This document shows, one piece after another, positions 8,499-17,806 of a DNA stretch of 55,635 bases. The stretch is taken from positions 1 to 55,635 of the forward strand of contig CAYTMO010000002.1 in NCBI GenBank assembly GCA_964439045.1, written 5' to 3'. Positions within the stretch are counted from its first letter, which is position 1, and each line of letters opens with the position of its first letter. Source of the DNA: an uncultured Candidatus Saccharibacteria bacterium (GTDB lineage Bacteria > Patescibacteriota > Minisyncoccia > Phycocordibacterales > UBA9973). Under the pieces are notes generated by a model. That model made no database searches and had not been told where the DNA came from. It saw only the letters and a list, made by a program, of their open reading frames with translations. Made by a program: the position numbers and the translations under genes.

Positions 8499-9634
8499 TG
8501 CGAATGCCCTGTATGCGCATTTGGTAGATTGGTGCCTTTGTAATCTTTTAAGAAATACACAGCAAGTAGTGTGGTAATAGGTACAGTCAAGATAAGCCCT
8601 ATGCTACCTACTATGGTTCGTATTATTTCTGTAGCGAAGATTTCTTGATTGATAATGCTCACCCCAAGAGAATTCGAAGAATAAAATAGTAAAAGAAGTG
8701 GAAGTGATGCGCCGGTGTACGCAAGAGCTAAAGTATTTACCAATGCTCCTACATGATCTTTACCAACGCTTAAAGCCTTTTTATAAATTTCTTTTTTAGA
8801 CAAATGCGGAGCCGAACTATAAAGCTCGCGCACTACCGCAGACTGAGTAATCGCAATGTCATCAAGCACTCCCAGAACTCCAATCATAATTCCACCCAGA
8901 AGTAGCCTAGTAAAGTCGAGAGTCCCGCGTGTATTTAAATTAAGATAAAAGGCTTCTTCTGTAGCAAAACCAGTAAAGTGAGCAAGAGTAACTCCTACAT
9001 ATGCCAAGATTCCTGTAAATATAACTGCAATGACGGTACCACTAAATGCAACAGTCGAGATACGGTTAAACCCGTGCGTAAGATAAATAGCCAGGAAAAG
9101 AATAATAGTGGCCACCACAATACTGGTCAGTATCGGAGGGTAGCCCGCCAAAAGACTAGGAATAAGCACATATACAATAACAAAGAAACTTCCAAGTAAC
9201 CCCAGAAGTGACCGCACTCCTTGCCTACCAGAGAACAACAACACAACAGCAATAAATAAACCTATAAAAAAGAACATCACTGGTCGACGGTCTATGTCTC
9301 TTACAGAATATGATTCCCTTCCGTCTATTGCATCGAGAGTATAATAAAGAAAAAATTTATCACCCTTTTCGAGAATAATATAATCGTTTTCTATTGTTAC
9401 AACTTTGCCATTTTGCTCTCCTTCTAAGATCTTTATAGAAATAGTCTGCCTAGTCGTAGGCAACCCTATACCCTCCACTTCTTCTGTACTTTGAGCGAGC
9501 ACCTCCACTACTTCTGCTTTTAATATTTCAACCTTATCTTGAATCAATTCTTGAGCAGACACATTGGCAACTCCAAAAAAGCAAAATAAAAATAAAATAA
9601 TATTAACAAAAAGTATTTTAGACAAATTAATCAT
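8495..9634 (-). CDS. YibE/F family membrane protein
   Basis: Signal/TM, an extracytoplasmic domain, then multi-TM core with LGVLDDIAITQSA and VNTLALAYTGASLPLLLLF, typical of YibE/F. Confidence 0.85.
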   Translation of the reverse strand: MINLSKILFVNIILFLFCFFGVANVSAQELIQDKVEILKAEVVEVLAQSTEEVEGIGLPTTRQTISIKILEGEQNGKVVTIENDYIILEKGDKFFLYYTLDAIDGRESYSVRDIDRRPVMFFFIGLFIAVVLLFSGRQGVRSLLGLLGSFFVIVYVLIPSLLAGYPPILTSIVVATIILFLAIYLTHGFNRISTVAFSGTVIAVIFTGILAYVGVTLAHFTGFATEEAFYLNLNTRGTLDFTRLLLGGIMIGVLGVLDDIAITQSAVVRELYSSAPHLSKKEIYKKALSVGKDHVGALVNTLALAYTGASLPLLLLFYSSNSLGVSIINQEIFATEIIRTIVGSIGLILTVPITTLLAVYFLKDYKGTNLPNAHTGHSH

Positions 9635-10071
9635 TATTCTTTAGAACAAGCATTACAAATTCCAAATAAATCAAAAGAGTGGTGTGTGATTGATTTAAAG
9701 TCTTTAACTTGTTTCAATGCTTTACTAATCAAACCGTCTGCATCACAACCAGTAAAGTCACTTATCTTTTTACATTCTAAGCAGATTATATGGTGATGGT
9801 CGTCTTTGTGATCTTGCAATTCATACTGCGCTTCCCTCTCGCCGGTATTTACTCTTTTTATCAAACCCTTTTTTTCTAAAGTCTCAAGTGTTCTGTAAAT
9901 AGTTACCTTATCCGCTTTGTCTTGTTTCAACTTTTCAAAAAGGGTGTTCGCGGATATTGGCTTTTTTAATTTAAAAAACAAATCCAAAAGAGCTACTCGT
10001 GGCAATGTCTTTTTCAATCCTGCCTTATTTAGTATAGCTTCAGATTCATTTAGCTTATCTTTCATATACAA
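9634..10071 (-). CDS. fur: Fur family metalloregulator
   Basis: Winged helix VTIYRTLETLEKKGLI, HHHIICLECKK and C-terminal CNAC. Its stop overlaps the YibE/F start. Confidence 0.85.
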   Translation of the reverse strand: MYMKDKLNESEAILNKAGLKKTLPRVALLDLFFKLKKPISANTLFEKLKQDKADKVTIYRTLETLEKKGLIKRVNTGEREAQYELQDHKDDHHHIICLECKKISDFTGCDADGLISKALKQVKDFKSITHHSFDLFGICNACSKE

Positions 10072-10114
10072 ATATTAGTCTTTTTCGCACAAAATGTAAA
10101 TCTTTAAAACATCT

Positions 10115-10180
10115 AAATGCAACATACTTGCATTTGTATGAGTATCAGTTATATTATATTTAGATGCAACTTTGTTGCAA
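10115..10180. promoter_or_regulatory. two palindromic operator candidates in the fur divergent promoter
   Basis: AAATGCAA-catac-TTGCATTT at 10115-10135 and TGCAAC-ttt-GTTGCA at 10165-10179. Both fit ATGCAAC-N3-GTTGCAT. Confidence 0.45.
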
Positions 10181-10219
10181 TTGTTCATTTAAACATTCAC
10201 AAATTTAAAGATTTTTGTT

Positions 10220-11017
10220 ATGTGTAAAACATGCGAGATTAATGGTATTAAAATGGAACTTGAATTTCTTCAAATTCCTGCCGCCCAAACAATGATTAAA
10301 GATCTTTCTTTGATTAAAGCTTGGCAAAACCTATTTACATCAGGATGGTATGAAGAAGATTTGATTCAAAGGGCGTGGGCACACCTCAAATGGACCGAAC
10401 GCGAAGCTGAAAAATGTGGTCAACCGCATTGGGTGGGTAACGCCAAAGCATTCTTGTCTTCGATGGCAAAAGGCTTCCTAGAACCTTTCGATCGAAATAA
10501 GTTCATGCCAAAAGACTGCGACGAGAACTACGCTTTTAAGGTTCGAGTCATTGACGCAATTGAAGAAGTGTCTCGTTTCTACGGAAACCGTTGCCCTTCT
10601 GTGCTTTGGAATTCTTTTGCCTATTTAGGAACAAGGGAACATCCCGAAGAATCGCGTTCTATTCTGAAAGAAGCCGCCGAACTCCCCCACCACTATGCAA
10701 TTGTGGATACGATGTTGCACGCGTCAGCAAAGTGCTACAAACTTTTGCTCACAGTGCAGTCTTTCATGTTCCAGCAAACGGGGATGGTAATTGACCACAA
10801 CTGTGACTGCAGTTGCAGTCTGGTCAACCTGCTTGCAGGCTTGGGCGATATGGCCGTAGTTTTTAAAATCCGTCCGGACCAAATTTTCGAGGCAACGCAA
10901 AGCGCGTTCACACACATGCTTGCCGAGAGTCACCTAATTCTGAACTGCAGGTTGCCGTTCGAATACACAGTAACCAAGGAAGCTGGTTTGTTACAAGGAA
11001 TTACGGTAAAACAGTAA
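10220..11017 (+). CDS. Cys/His-rich hypothetical protein with anomalously high GC
   Basis: Long ORF with many Cys (CKTC, DHNCDCSC). Hand count 30/60 G+C at 10381-10440 versus 19/60 at 11101-11160. Confidence 0.6.
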   Translation: MCKTCEINGIKMELEFLQIPAAQTMIKDLSLIKAWQNLFTSGWYEEDLIQRAWAHLKWTEREAEKCGQPHWVGNAKAFLSSMAKGFLEPFDRNKFMPKDCDENYAFKVRVIDAIEEVSRFYGNRCPSVLWNSFAYLGTREHPEESRSILKEAAELPHHYAIVDTMLHASAKCYKLLLTVQSFMFQQTGMVIDHNCDCSCSLVNLLAGLGDMAVVFKIRPDQIFEATQSAFTHMLAESHLILNCRLPFEYTVTKEAGLLQGITVKQ

Positions 11018-11035
11018 GGTAGTATTCAAAAATAA

Positions 11036-11072
11036 GCTCCGCTTGCTTTTCTAAGGCAAGCGGAGCATTTTT
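11036..11072 (+). terminator. intrinsic terminator
   Basis: GCTCCGCTTGC/GCAAGCGGAGC 11-bp stem followed by ATTTTT. Confidence 0.85.
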
Positions 11073-11092
11073 ATAAATTAAACAAAAACACA

Positions 11093-11434
11093 ATGGAAAT
11101 ATTTTTTATTACAACAAGTATTGCGGGTTTTGCAGTTATTTGGAGAAATTGGCTAGAAGATCATCAAGAAAAAAAAGAATACATAAAAACAAAACTAGGC
11201 TCCTACAACAAGGTACTTTTATGTGGTTCGTGTTTTACTTATTGGCTCGCTCTAATCGTTTTATTTTTTAACAATCCTCTAAAAGAAACGGGTTACCTAA
11301 TTGATAATAAAATTATATTCTTTTTTGCGTCTTGGATGTCTGTCGCGTACATCTCCGTATTCCTTAGATTTTTATATGTATTAATACAAGAAACAGTCAG
11401 TGAAAAAGTACACAAAACACATCACAAACACTAA
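11093..11434 (+). CDS. small membrane protein with His-rich C-terminus
   Basis: Three hydrophobic helices. Ends KVHKTHHKH. Confidence 0.5.
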   Translation: MEIFFITTSIAGFAVIWRNWLEDHQEKKEYIKTKLGSYNKVLLCGSCFTYWLALIVLFFNNPLKETGYLIDNKIIFFFASWMSVAYISVFLRFLYVLIQETVSEKVHKTHHKH

Positions 11435-11450
11435 AAATCTGAAATTAAGA

Positions 11451-12419
11451 TTATTTACTAATCAACTTTAGCTTTTTCCCACTACCCAAAATAAGCAAAA
11501 CTATAGCGATAGAAAAATGTGGTAAATGCCCCACGAGTTCTATTGGTCCCAACAAATAAAGAGTAATAACCAAAAAGACAGCTAAAGCGATAGTGGTCAA
11601 TCTTGTAACCAATCCCAACACAAGTAATATACCGAAGGTAAATTCAGCCACCCCAGCAGAGAAAGCAAACCAATAGTCACTCATACCTAAAAATTCCATA
11701 AAATTCCAATTGTGAGATTGTAAAAAGTTATTAGTTAAAGAAGGTGTTAATATCTTTTCGCTAAAAGCAAGAACCATCAAATTAAGTCCTGTGCCTACAC
11801 GTAGGATTGGATTTCCATAATCGTGTATTGTGTGAGTTAATTTATTAAAAATCTGCGTATCTTTTATTTTCCATTTTGGTCTACCAACTATGATTGCATA
11901 TATAGCAAAGCCTAATATTTCTAAAGTATCAAGCATTTCTATCGCACCATATTCTCTAACACCTAAAACAAACAAAACCAACAATAATGCTCCCCCAAGC
12001 TTTTCATAAAAACCAAACAAAAACATCAGTCCCACTAAACCTTGAATGACAAGCATCAGATATCCAGAATCACCTTCTGCTATCAAGTTAGGAGCAAATA
12101 CAAAACCATAAAAAGTAAAAATTAAAAAAGCTAAACCAAAACCGATACTAGCAATAGACAAAGCATAAGGGCTCCATTTTTCTAAAATATTATTTATTCT
12201 AGAAGGGACATTTAACTTTTTCTCTAAAACAATTGCCAAGAAAATAATGAACAAAACTATGCATATTGAAATTATTACTGGAATATCTGTTATTTTATAA
12301 GGTTCTACATATTCAACTGACTCTGCAAACCATTTTACATGAGCAAATGTCACACTTGGAACCAAAACAAAGAGTAATCCAAACAAATACATTAGGTTTT
12401 TAGAAAAAATTTTAAACAT
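11451..12419 (-). CDS. polytopic membrane protein (C-terminal part DoxX-like)
   Basis: Hydrophobic throughout. AEFTFGILLVLGLVTRLTTIALAVFLV resembles DoxX from memory. Confidence 0.55.
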   Translation of the reverse strand: MFKIFSKNLMYLFGLLFVLVPSVTFAHVKWFAESVEYVEPYKITDIPVIISICIVLFIIFLAIVLEKKLNVPSRINNILEKWSPYALSIASIGFGLAFLIFTFYGFVFAPNLIAEGDSGYLMLVIQGLVGLMFLFGFYEKLGGALLLVLFVLGVREYGAIEMLDTLEILGFAIYAIIVGRPKWKIKDTQIFNKLTHTIHDYGNPILRVGTGLNLMVLAFSEKILTPSLTNNFLQSHNWNFMEFLGMSDYWFAFSAGVAEFTFGILLVLGLVTRLTTIALAVFLVITLYLLGPIELVGHLPHFSIAIVLLILGSGKKLKLISK

Positions 12420-12473
12420 TTTATTTGATTAAATTAATAATACTTATTATCACTAGCTCAATAGACGAAACCT

Positions 12474-12639
12474 TTGCCAGATGGTCAATCTTTGTTTTAT
12501 TATACCAAAAAATGACTTATCCACCATTGCCTAATACCTCACAGCTTTCGTATACTGATTTAGTAGTTGCGAAACTATGCAACTACTATAAGTAGAGCAT
12601 ATTTTCTACTTTTTTACTAGGTTTTTAACACAAAACATT
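12474..12639 (+). promoter_or_regulatory. promoter and leader with strong hairpin plus terminator-like hairpin upstream of the B12 module
   Basis: TTGCCA-18 nt-TATTAT. Perfect 10-bp stem at 12561-12570/12579-12588. AGTAGA/TCTACT stem at 12591-12610 followed by TTTTTT, ending 25 nt before the ATG. Confidence 0.5.
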
Positions 12640-13185
12640 ATGGAAACATACAAAAACAATTGGTTCAAGTATATACTCGGCTTTATTGTCTGCCTTTTAA
12701 TCCGTCTTATACCCTTTCGCCCACCGAATATTGAGCCAATACTTGCCACACAGATGCCTTTTTCTAAAAAGTACGGCTGGATTGCAGGATTTACTTTTGC
12801 TTTTTTAAGCATTGTTTTGTATGACATCATAACTGCAAAAGTAGGAATGTGGACCTTTATTACAGCTTTTGCTTATGGAATTTTAGGTTTATGGGCAAGC
12901 TTTTATTTTAAAAATAGAAAAAATAATTCTTGGAATTATGCAAAATTTGCTGTTTTGGGAACCTTGGTTTTTGACATTGTTACTGGGCTTAGTATTGGAC
13001 CGCTATTTTTCAATCAATCCTTCACTGAAGCATTCATAGGTCAGGTACCCTTTACCGCATTGCATCTCTTAGGAAATGTAAGTTTTGCAATTATTCTCTC
13101 CCCTCTTATTTACCGTTTTATTATTGAAAACAAAAAATTAGAAACAAGTTTCTTAATAAATATCTTTAACCCAAAAAGAATATGA
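12640..13185 (+). CDS. six-TM membrane protein, candidate corrinoid/vitamin uptake component (ECF-S-like or DUF6580-like)
   Basis: RLIPFRPPNIEPI motif. Its stop overlaps the nrdJ start (ATGA). Function is inferred from context only. Confidence 0.6.
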   Translation: METYKNNWFKYILGFIVCLLIRLIPFRPPNIEPILATQMPFSKKYGWIAGFTFAFLSIVLYDIITAKVGMWTFITAFAYGILGLWASFYFKNRKNNSWNYAKFAVLGTLVFDIVTGLSIGPLFFNQSFTEAFIGQVPFTALHLLGNVSFAIILSPLIYRFIIENKKLETSFLINIFNPKRI

Positions 13186-15473
13186 AGAAAATTACAGATA
13201 AAAAGTATGGAGTATTAAAAGAAATAATAAAAAGAGACGGTTCTGTTGTACCTTTTGACAAAAAGCGTATCACCAGAGCGATTTTTCGTGCAATGCAATC
13301 CGTAAAAGAAGGAGACGAGACTTACGCAGAAAAAGTAATGCACGATGTTTTAGACAAAATATTAATCTTAAAAAAGGAAACAGAGAAAGTAAAAACTTCT
13401 AAAAAGTTTAGACTAACAGTGGAGTCAGTCCAAGACATTGTAGAAAACGAACTTATTGCTTCAAACTTTTTAAACACAGCTAAAGCATATATTGTCTATA
13501 GAAAAGATAGAGCAATAGTAAGAGAGAAGGTTGGTTTTGTGCCAGAGAAGGTTAAAGAACTTGTAAAAGAAGGTAAAAAATATTTTAGGAATCCCCTTGC
13601 AGAATTTGTATATTACCGAACATATGCAAAATGGATAGATGAAGAAGGACGCCGTGAAACTTGGATAGAAACCATAGATAGATATATAAGCTTTATGCGT
13701 GAAAATCTAAACGGCAAGTTAAGAGAAGCAGAATATGAAGAAATAAGACAAATGATACTCGAGCAAAGTGCGATGCCTTCAATGCGTCTTTTACAATTTG
13801 CTGGTAAGGCCACCAGAAAAACAAATGTCTGTGCATACAACTGCTCTTTTATTGCACCGAAAAGTTTCCAAGACTTCGCAGAAATTATGTATATATCAAT
13901 GTGTGGTACTGGAGTAGGATGGTCAGCAGAGAGTGAAAATATTCAATCCCTCCCTCAAATCCAAAAGCAAACAGGCAAAAAGGTAATTACTCATACCATA
14001 CCAGACAGTAAAGAAGGTTGGGCAGATGCCTTTGCTCTTGGTCTCAAGACTTGGTTTGAAGGTAAGGATATAATATTCGACTATTCGTTGATTCGTAAAG
14101 CTGGATCTCGTTTAAAAACTATGGGAGGTAAAAGCTCTGGACCAGAACCTCTTAAATCGTTACTTGATTTTACTCGCACAAGGATACTTAAAAAACAAGG
14201 TAGACATTTATCAAATTTAGACGCACACGACATAATTTGTAAAATTGGTGAATGTGTAGTAGCTGGAGGAGTAAGAAGAAGCGCAATGATTTCCCTTTCA
14301 GATTTAGACGACGAAGCTATTCGTGATTCTAAAAAAGGACAATTTTATTTAACCGAAGGGCAAAGAATGCTTGCGAATAATTCTGCAGTCTACCTTTCAA
14401 AACCAAGTACTACAGAATTCCTAGACGAATGGATTGCTTTAGCAAAAAGTGGCTCAGGCGAAAGAGGAATATTCAATCGTGGTGGGCTCAAAGATACATT
14501 ACCAGAACGTAGGCTTAAACAATTTAAAGGTGGCATATATCCAGCTTGGGGTACTAACCCTTGCGGAGAAATTATTCTGCAATCAAAACAATTTTGTAAT
14601 CTCTCCGAAGTTGTGGCTCGTGCCGAAGACACAGAAGAAAGTTTATTGAAAAAAATTCGTATTGCTACCATTATCGGCACTTATCAATCTACTCTTACCT
14701 ACTTCCCCTACTTATCTAAAGAATGGAAGAAAAATTGCGAAAAAGAAAGATTGCTTGGAGTATCTATCACAGGACAATGGGATTGTGAATTGGTTAGAAA
14801 CAAAGACATCTTAGAAAAGATGAAAAAGGTAGCTATCGAAACTAATAAAAAGTACGCCAAAAAATTTGAAATAGAACAATCTACTTGTATTACTTGTGTG
14901 AAGCCTTCCGGTACGGTCTCTCAGACAGTGGACTGTGCATCCGGTATGCACCCCCGCCATTCTAATTATTATATTCGCAGAATTCGTATTTCGGCTACTG
15001 ATGCATTGTTTAAAATGCTGAAAGACCAAGGCGTGCCGTATTATCCAGAAGTTGGACAAACAATGGAAGATGCTTCTACTTTTGTATTAGAATTCCCAGT
15101 TAAAGCCCCAGATGGCGCAATATGCAAAGACGACATAAATGCTATTGCTCAATTAGAGCATTGGAAAATGGTCAAAAAACATTTTACAGAACACAATCCT
15201 TCTGTAACCGTGTCTGTAGAAGAAGACGAGTGGCTCGCCGTAGCAAATTGGGTTTATGATAATTGGGATTTAGTAGGGGGGCTTTCTTTCTTGCCTCGAT
15301 CAAATCACATATACCAACTCGCTCCATATGAAGCAATTACAAAAGAGAAATACGAGGAAATGAAAAATCGTCTTGGAGAATTAGACTTTTCAAAAATCGT
15401 GACTTATGAAAAACAGGACGAAACAGAAGTAAAAAAAGAGTTAGCTTGCGTAGGGGGACTTTGTGAAGTATAA
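13182..15473 (+). CDS. nrdJ: adenosylcobalamin-dependent (class II) ribonucleotide reductase
   Basis: N-terminal ATP-cone (IIKRDGSVVPFDKKRITRAI), TNPCGEI and CNLSEV active-site motifs, 763 aa. Confidence 0.95.
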   Translation: MKKITDKKYGVLKEIIKRDGSVVPFDKKRITRAIFRAMQSVKEGDETYAEKVMHDVLDKILILKKETEKVKTSKKFRLTVESVQDIVENELIASNFLNTAKAYIVYRKDRAIVREKVGFVPEKVKELVKEGKKYFRNPLAEFVYYRTYAKWIDEEGRRETWIETIDRYISFMRENLNGKLREAEYEEIRQMILEQSAMPSMRLLQFAGKATRKTNVCAYNCSFIAPKSFQDFAEIMYISMCGTGVGWSAESENIQSLPQIQKQTGKKVITHTIPDSKEGWADAFALGLKTWFEGKDIIFDYSLIRKAGSRLKTMGGKSSGPEPLKSLLDFTRTRILKKQGRHLSNLDAHDIICKIGECVVAGGVRRSAMISLSDLDDEAIRDSKKGQFYLTEGQRMLANNSAVYLSKPSTTEFLDEWIALAKSGSGERGIFNRGGLKDTLPERRLKQFKGGIYPAWGTNPCGEIILQSKQFCNLSEVVARAEDTEESLLKKIRIATIIGTYQSTLTYFPYLSKEWKKNCEKERLLGVSITGQWDCELVRNKDILEKMKKVAIETNKKYAKKFEIEQSTCITCVKPSGTVSQTVDCASGMHPRHSNYYIRRIRISATDALFKMLKDQGVPYYPEVGQTMEDASTFVLEFPVKAPDGAICKDDINAIAQLEHWKMVKKHFTEHNPSVTVSVEEDEWLAVANWVYDNWDLVGGLSFLPRSNHIYQLAPYEAITKEKYEEMKNRLGELDFSKIVTYEKQDETEVKKELACVGGLCEV

Positions 15474-16047
15474 ATTTATGCTATATACAAAAAAAGGAGA
15501 CAGTGGAACAACAAAATTGTTTAATTGTGAACAAGGACAAAGAGTAAGCAAGGCTGATTTTATTTTTGAAGTTCTTGGTAATGTGGACGAATTAAACTGT
15601 TCTATTGGTTATGCAAAAGCAATTTCTAAAAAGACACATTGCACTTTATACATAGGTGGAGAAAAAGTTTCATACGAAGAAATACTCGAAAAAATACAAA
15701 ACATTTTATTTTGTATTCAAGCTGAATTGGGTGGATCAAATATATCCATTACAGAAAAACACACATTGTATTTAGAAAAAGTTATATATGAAGTAGAAAC
15801 AACACTACCACCAATAACATCTTTTATAGTTCCAGGTGGTGGAGAGCTAGGCGCATATTTAGATGTATTAAGGACAATCACTCGCAGGACAGAAAGATAT
15901 TTGGTTCTATTGAAAGATAAAAACACAAAGGATTTAAACAAGGAAAATATAATTTTTATGAATCGCCTTTCAAGTGTCTTTTATGCTTTGGCTCGTTTTG
16001 CGAATTATCAAGAAGGACACATAGAAAAAGAACCTAATTATCATTAA
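15463..16047 (+). CDS. pduO: ATP:cob(I)alamin adenosyltransferase, PduO type
   Basis: YTKKGDSGTT motif and LSSVFYALAR C-terminus. Overlaps the nrdJ end. Start may be MLYTKKG at 15478. Confidence 0.9.
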   Translation: MKYKFMLYTKKGDSGTTKLFNCEQGQRVSKADFIFEVLGNVDELNCSIGYAKAISKKTHCTLYIGGEKVSYEEILEKIQNILFCIQAELGGSNISITEKHTLYLEKVIYEVETTLPPITSFIVPGGGELGAYLDVLRTITRRTERYLVLLKDKNTKDLNKENIIFMNRLSSVFYALARFANYQEGHIEKEPNYH

Positions 16048-16083
16048 TTGCTTTTTAATTTTACTTATTACATACTTTAAATT

Positions 16084-16386
16084 ATGAAAATAAAACAACC
16101 CCTTCCCCGCAAGGCCTACGAAAAAAACGCCGAAATATACAAGATATTAGCAAATCCAAAAAGGCTAGAAATATTAAACTTATTAAGAGAGCAAGAAATG
16201 TCTGTAGAGGACTTGGTAAAGATACTTGGCATAGCCAAAGCCAATGTGTCTCAACACTTGGCATTGCTCCGCCATTCAAAACTTGTTGTGGTTAGAAGAG
16301 ATGGGTTAAATGGATACTATAGTATTATTGACCCTCGAATAGTTGAGCCTTGCAGAATTTTACACAAATTAAATACACATAAATAA
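16084..16386 (+). CDS. ArsR/SmtB family transcriptional regulator
   Basis: LANPKRLEILNLL...VSQHLALLRHSKLV HTH. Confidence 0.85.
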   Translation: MKIKQPLPRKAYEKNAEIYKILANPKRLEILNLLREQEMSVEDLVKILGIAKANVSQHLALLRHSKLVVVRRDGLNGYYSIIDPRIVEPCRILHKLNTHK

Positions 16387-16402
16387 AACTTTATTTGCAA
16401 AC

Positions 16403-16432
16403 AAAAAACACAGCTTGAAAGCTGTGTTTTTT
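16403..16432. terminator. bidirectional intrinsic terminator
   Basis: A-run, ACACAGC/GCTGTGT stem, then T-run, between convergent genes. Confidence 0.8.
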
Positions 16433-16457
16433 GTTTAACATTAACGTATTAAAACAA

Positions 16458-17639
16458 TTAATACATTAATCTATTGCGAGTCATATTACCAACGACACCG
16501 TCAGCAGATAAGTAATTTGCTCTTTGAAAAAGAATTACAGCATTGTATGTACTCTGATCAAAGTAAGCACTAGAATTAATTCCACTTACCAAGTATCCTT
16601 TTGCTGAAAGCAATGATTGAAGGCAAGCTACATCAGCACCATACATTCCAAAGCGTAGTGTGCGGCCGATATAACACCCAAAGCCAGTGGAAGTTCCCAA
16701 TACAGAACCCACATTAACATTACTATTTACGTTGATAGTAAATGTAGTACAAGCACTTGTATTGTTACTCTGGCAGATAGTAATAGTAGTGGAACCATAA
16801 GACAAAGCAGTAACAGTCATAGAGCTACTACTAGTCTGGATATTTTGATAGTAACAAGGTTGCCCAGTAATAGTGCTGTACACCGCCCCAGAATAACAAC
16901 CAGGATTTATAGATGCAGATCCAGTAGTTGCAACACTTGGGTTTGAGTTGCTAGATACATACAAGCTACTACCGTTTGAAGAATTAAAGGTTACAGAATT
17001 TCCTACAGAAAGAGAAATATTTGAAATATTAATTCCAGTATTTGTACCATAATTAACTCCCCCTCCTACTGTTACATACAAGTTCACACAAGAATTTGTA
17101 TTTCCACTTTGGCAAATATTAAATGAAGTTGTACCAGAAGTACTTCCATAAACTGAAATAGTATTTCCACTTATACTTGCTGTAGCAACATTCGGATTTG
17201 AATTACTAGAGACATACAATGTTCCGAAATTATTGTTTGCAGTTACATATGAAGTCTGACCAACGTTCAAAGAAAGATTTGTATTACTCAATGTAAATGT
17301 TGAAGAATACGCTGAAGGCCAAGCCATAGAAGCTGATTGTTGGTTATTTACCAAAACATAGACCAAGCTTCCTGAAGTGATATTGTAACTATTTGCACTT
17401 ACATAAGTAGAAAGAAATCCACTACTGTTTGTAGTACCTAATACTGTACTTTGTGTACCGTATGACAAATTGTAATAAAGAACAACGCTAGAATTCGGGT
17501 CTCCTGACACATTTATCATCACATTATTACCACTTGAAGACAAAGAAAGTGTTGGGTTGACGGCGTAAACTTTAGCGACGAAACCAGTGAAAATTGCCAA
17601 AAAAGCAAATAAAATCAAGAACTTTTTGTATATTTTCAT
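16458..17639 (-). CDS. secreted S/T/N-rich repeat protein with C-terminal peptidoglycan-binding domain
   Basis: Signal peptide. Two internal repeats (LYVSSNSNP.VAT...ICQS.NT..C). C-terminus GADVACLQSLL...GVVGNMT is PG_binding_1-like. Confidence 0.75.
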   Translation of the reverse strand: MKIYKKFLILFAFLAIFTGFVAKVYAVNPTLSLSSSGNNVMINVSGDPNSSVVLYYNLSYGTQSTVLGTTNSSGFLSTYVSANSYNITSGSLVYVLVNNQQSASMAWPSAYSSTFTLSNTNLSLNVGQTSYVTANNNFGTLYVSSNSNPNVATASISGNTISVYGSTSGTTSFNICQSGNTNSCVNLYVTVGGGVNYGTNTGINISNISLSVGNSVTFNSSNGSSLYVSSNSNPSVATTGSASINPGCYSGAVYSTITGQPCYYQNIQTSSSSMTVTALSYGSTTITICQSNNTSACTTFTINVNSNVNVGSVLGTSTGFGCYIGRTLRFGMYGADVACLQSLLSAKGYLVSGINSSAYFDQSTYNAVILFQRANYLSADGVVGNMTRNRLMY

Positions 17640-17806
17640 ATTTTTAAAAAGATTAACTAACTAATAAAATCGACTTCTACTACTGGTATAACATATCTTT
17701 ATTCATTTTACCAGAAACAAAACAAAAGCAGCCGAAGATATTTTTAAATACAAAAAATAGTATAAATTTGATTGTTTATAAAAAAATATAATTATATAAT
17801 AAAAGT

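Noticed and set aside
8320-8577. 85-aa plus-strand ORF
   Set aside because: It is a Lys/Ile low-complexity translation that overlaps the 3' end of the YibE/F gene by 83 nt. Another frame contains a better-supported mini-ORF.
12420-12639. Cobalamin riboswitch upstream of the B12 module
   Set aside because: I looked for the B12 box (GCCACTG-type core) and the conserved GGTG...AATCC and GAAGCC elements and could not find them. Only a generic hairpin plus terminator is visible, so no riboswitch class is claimed.
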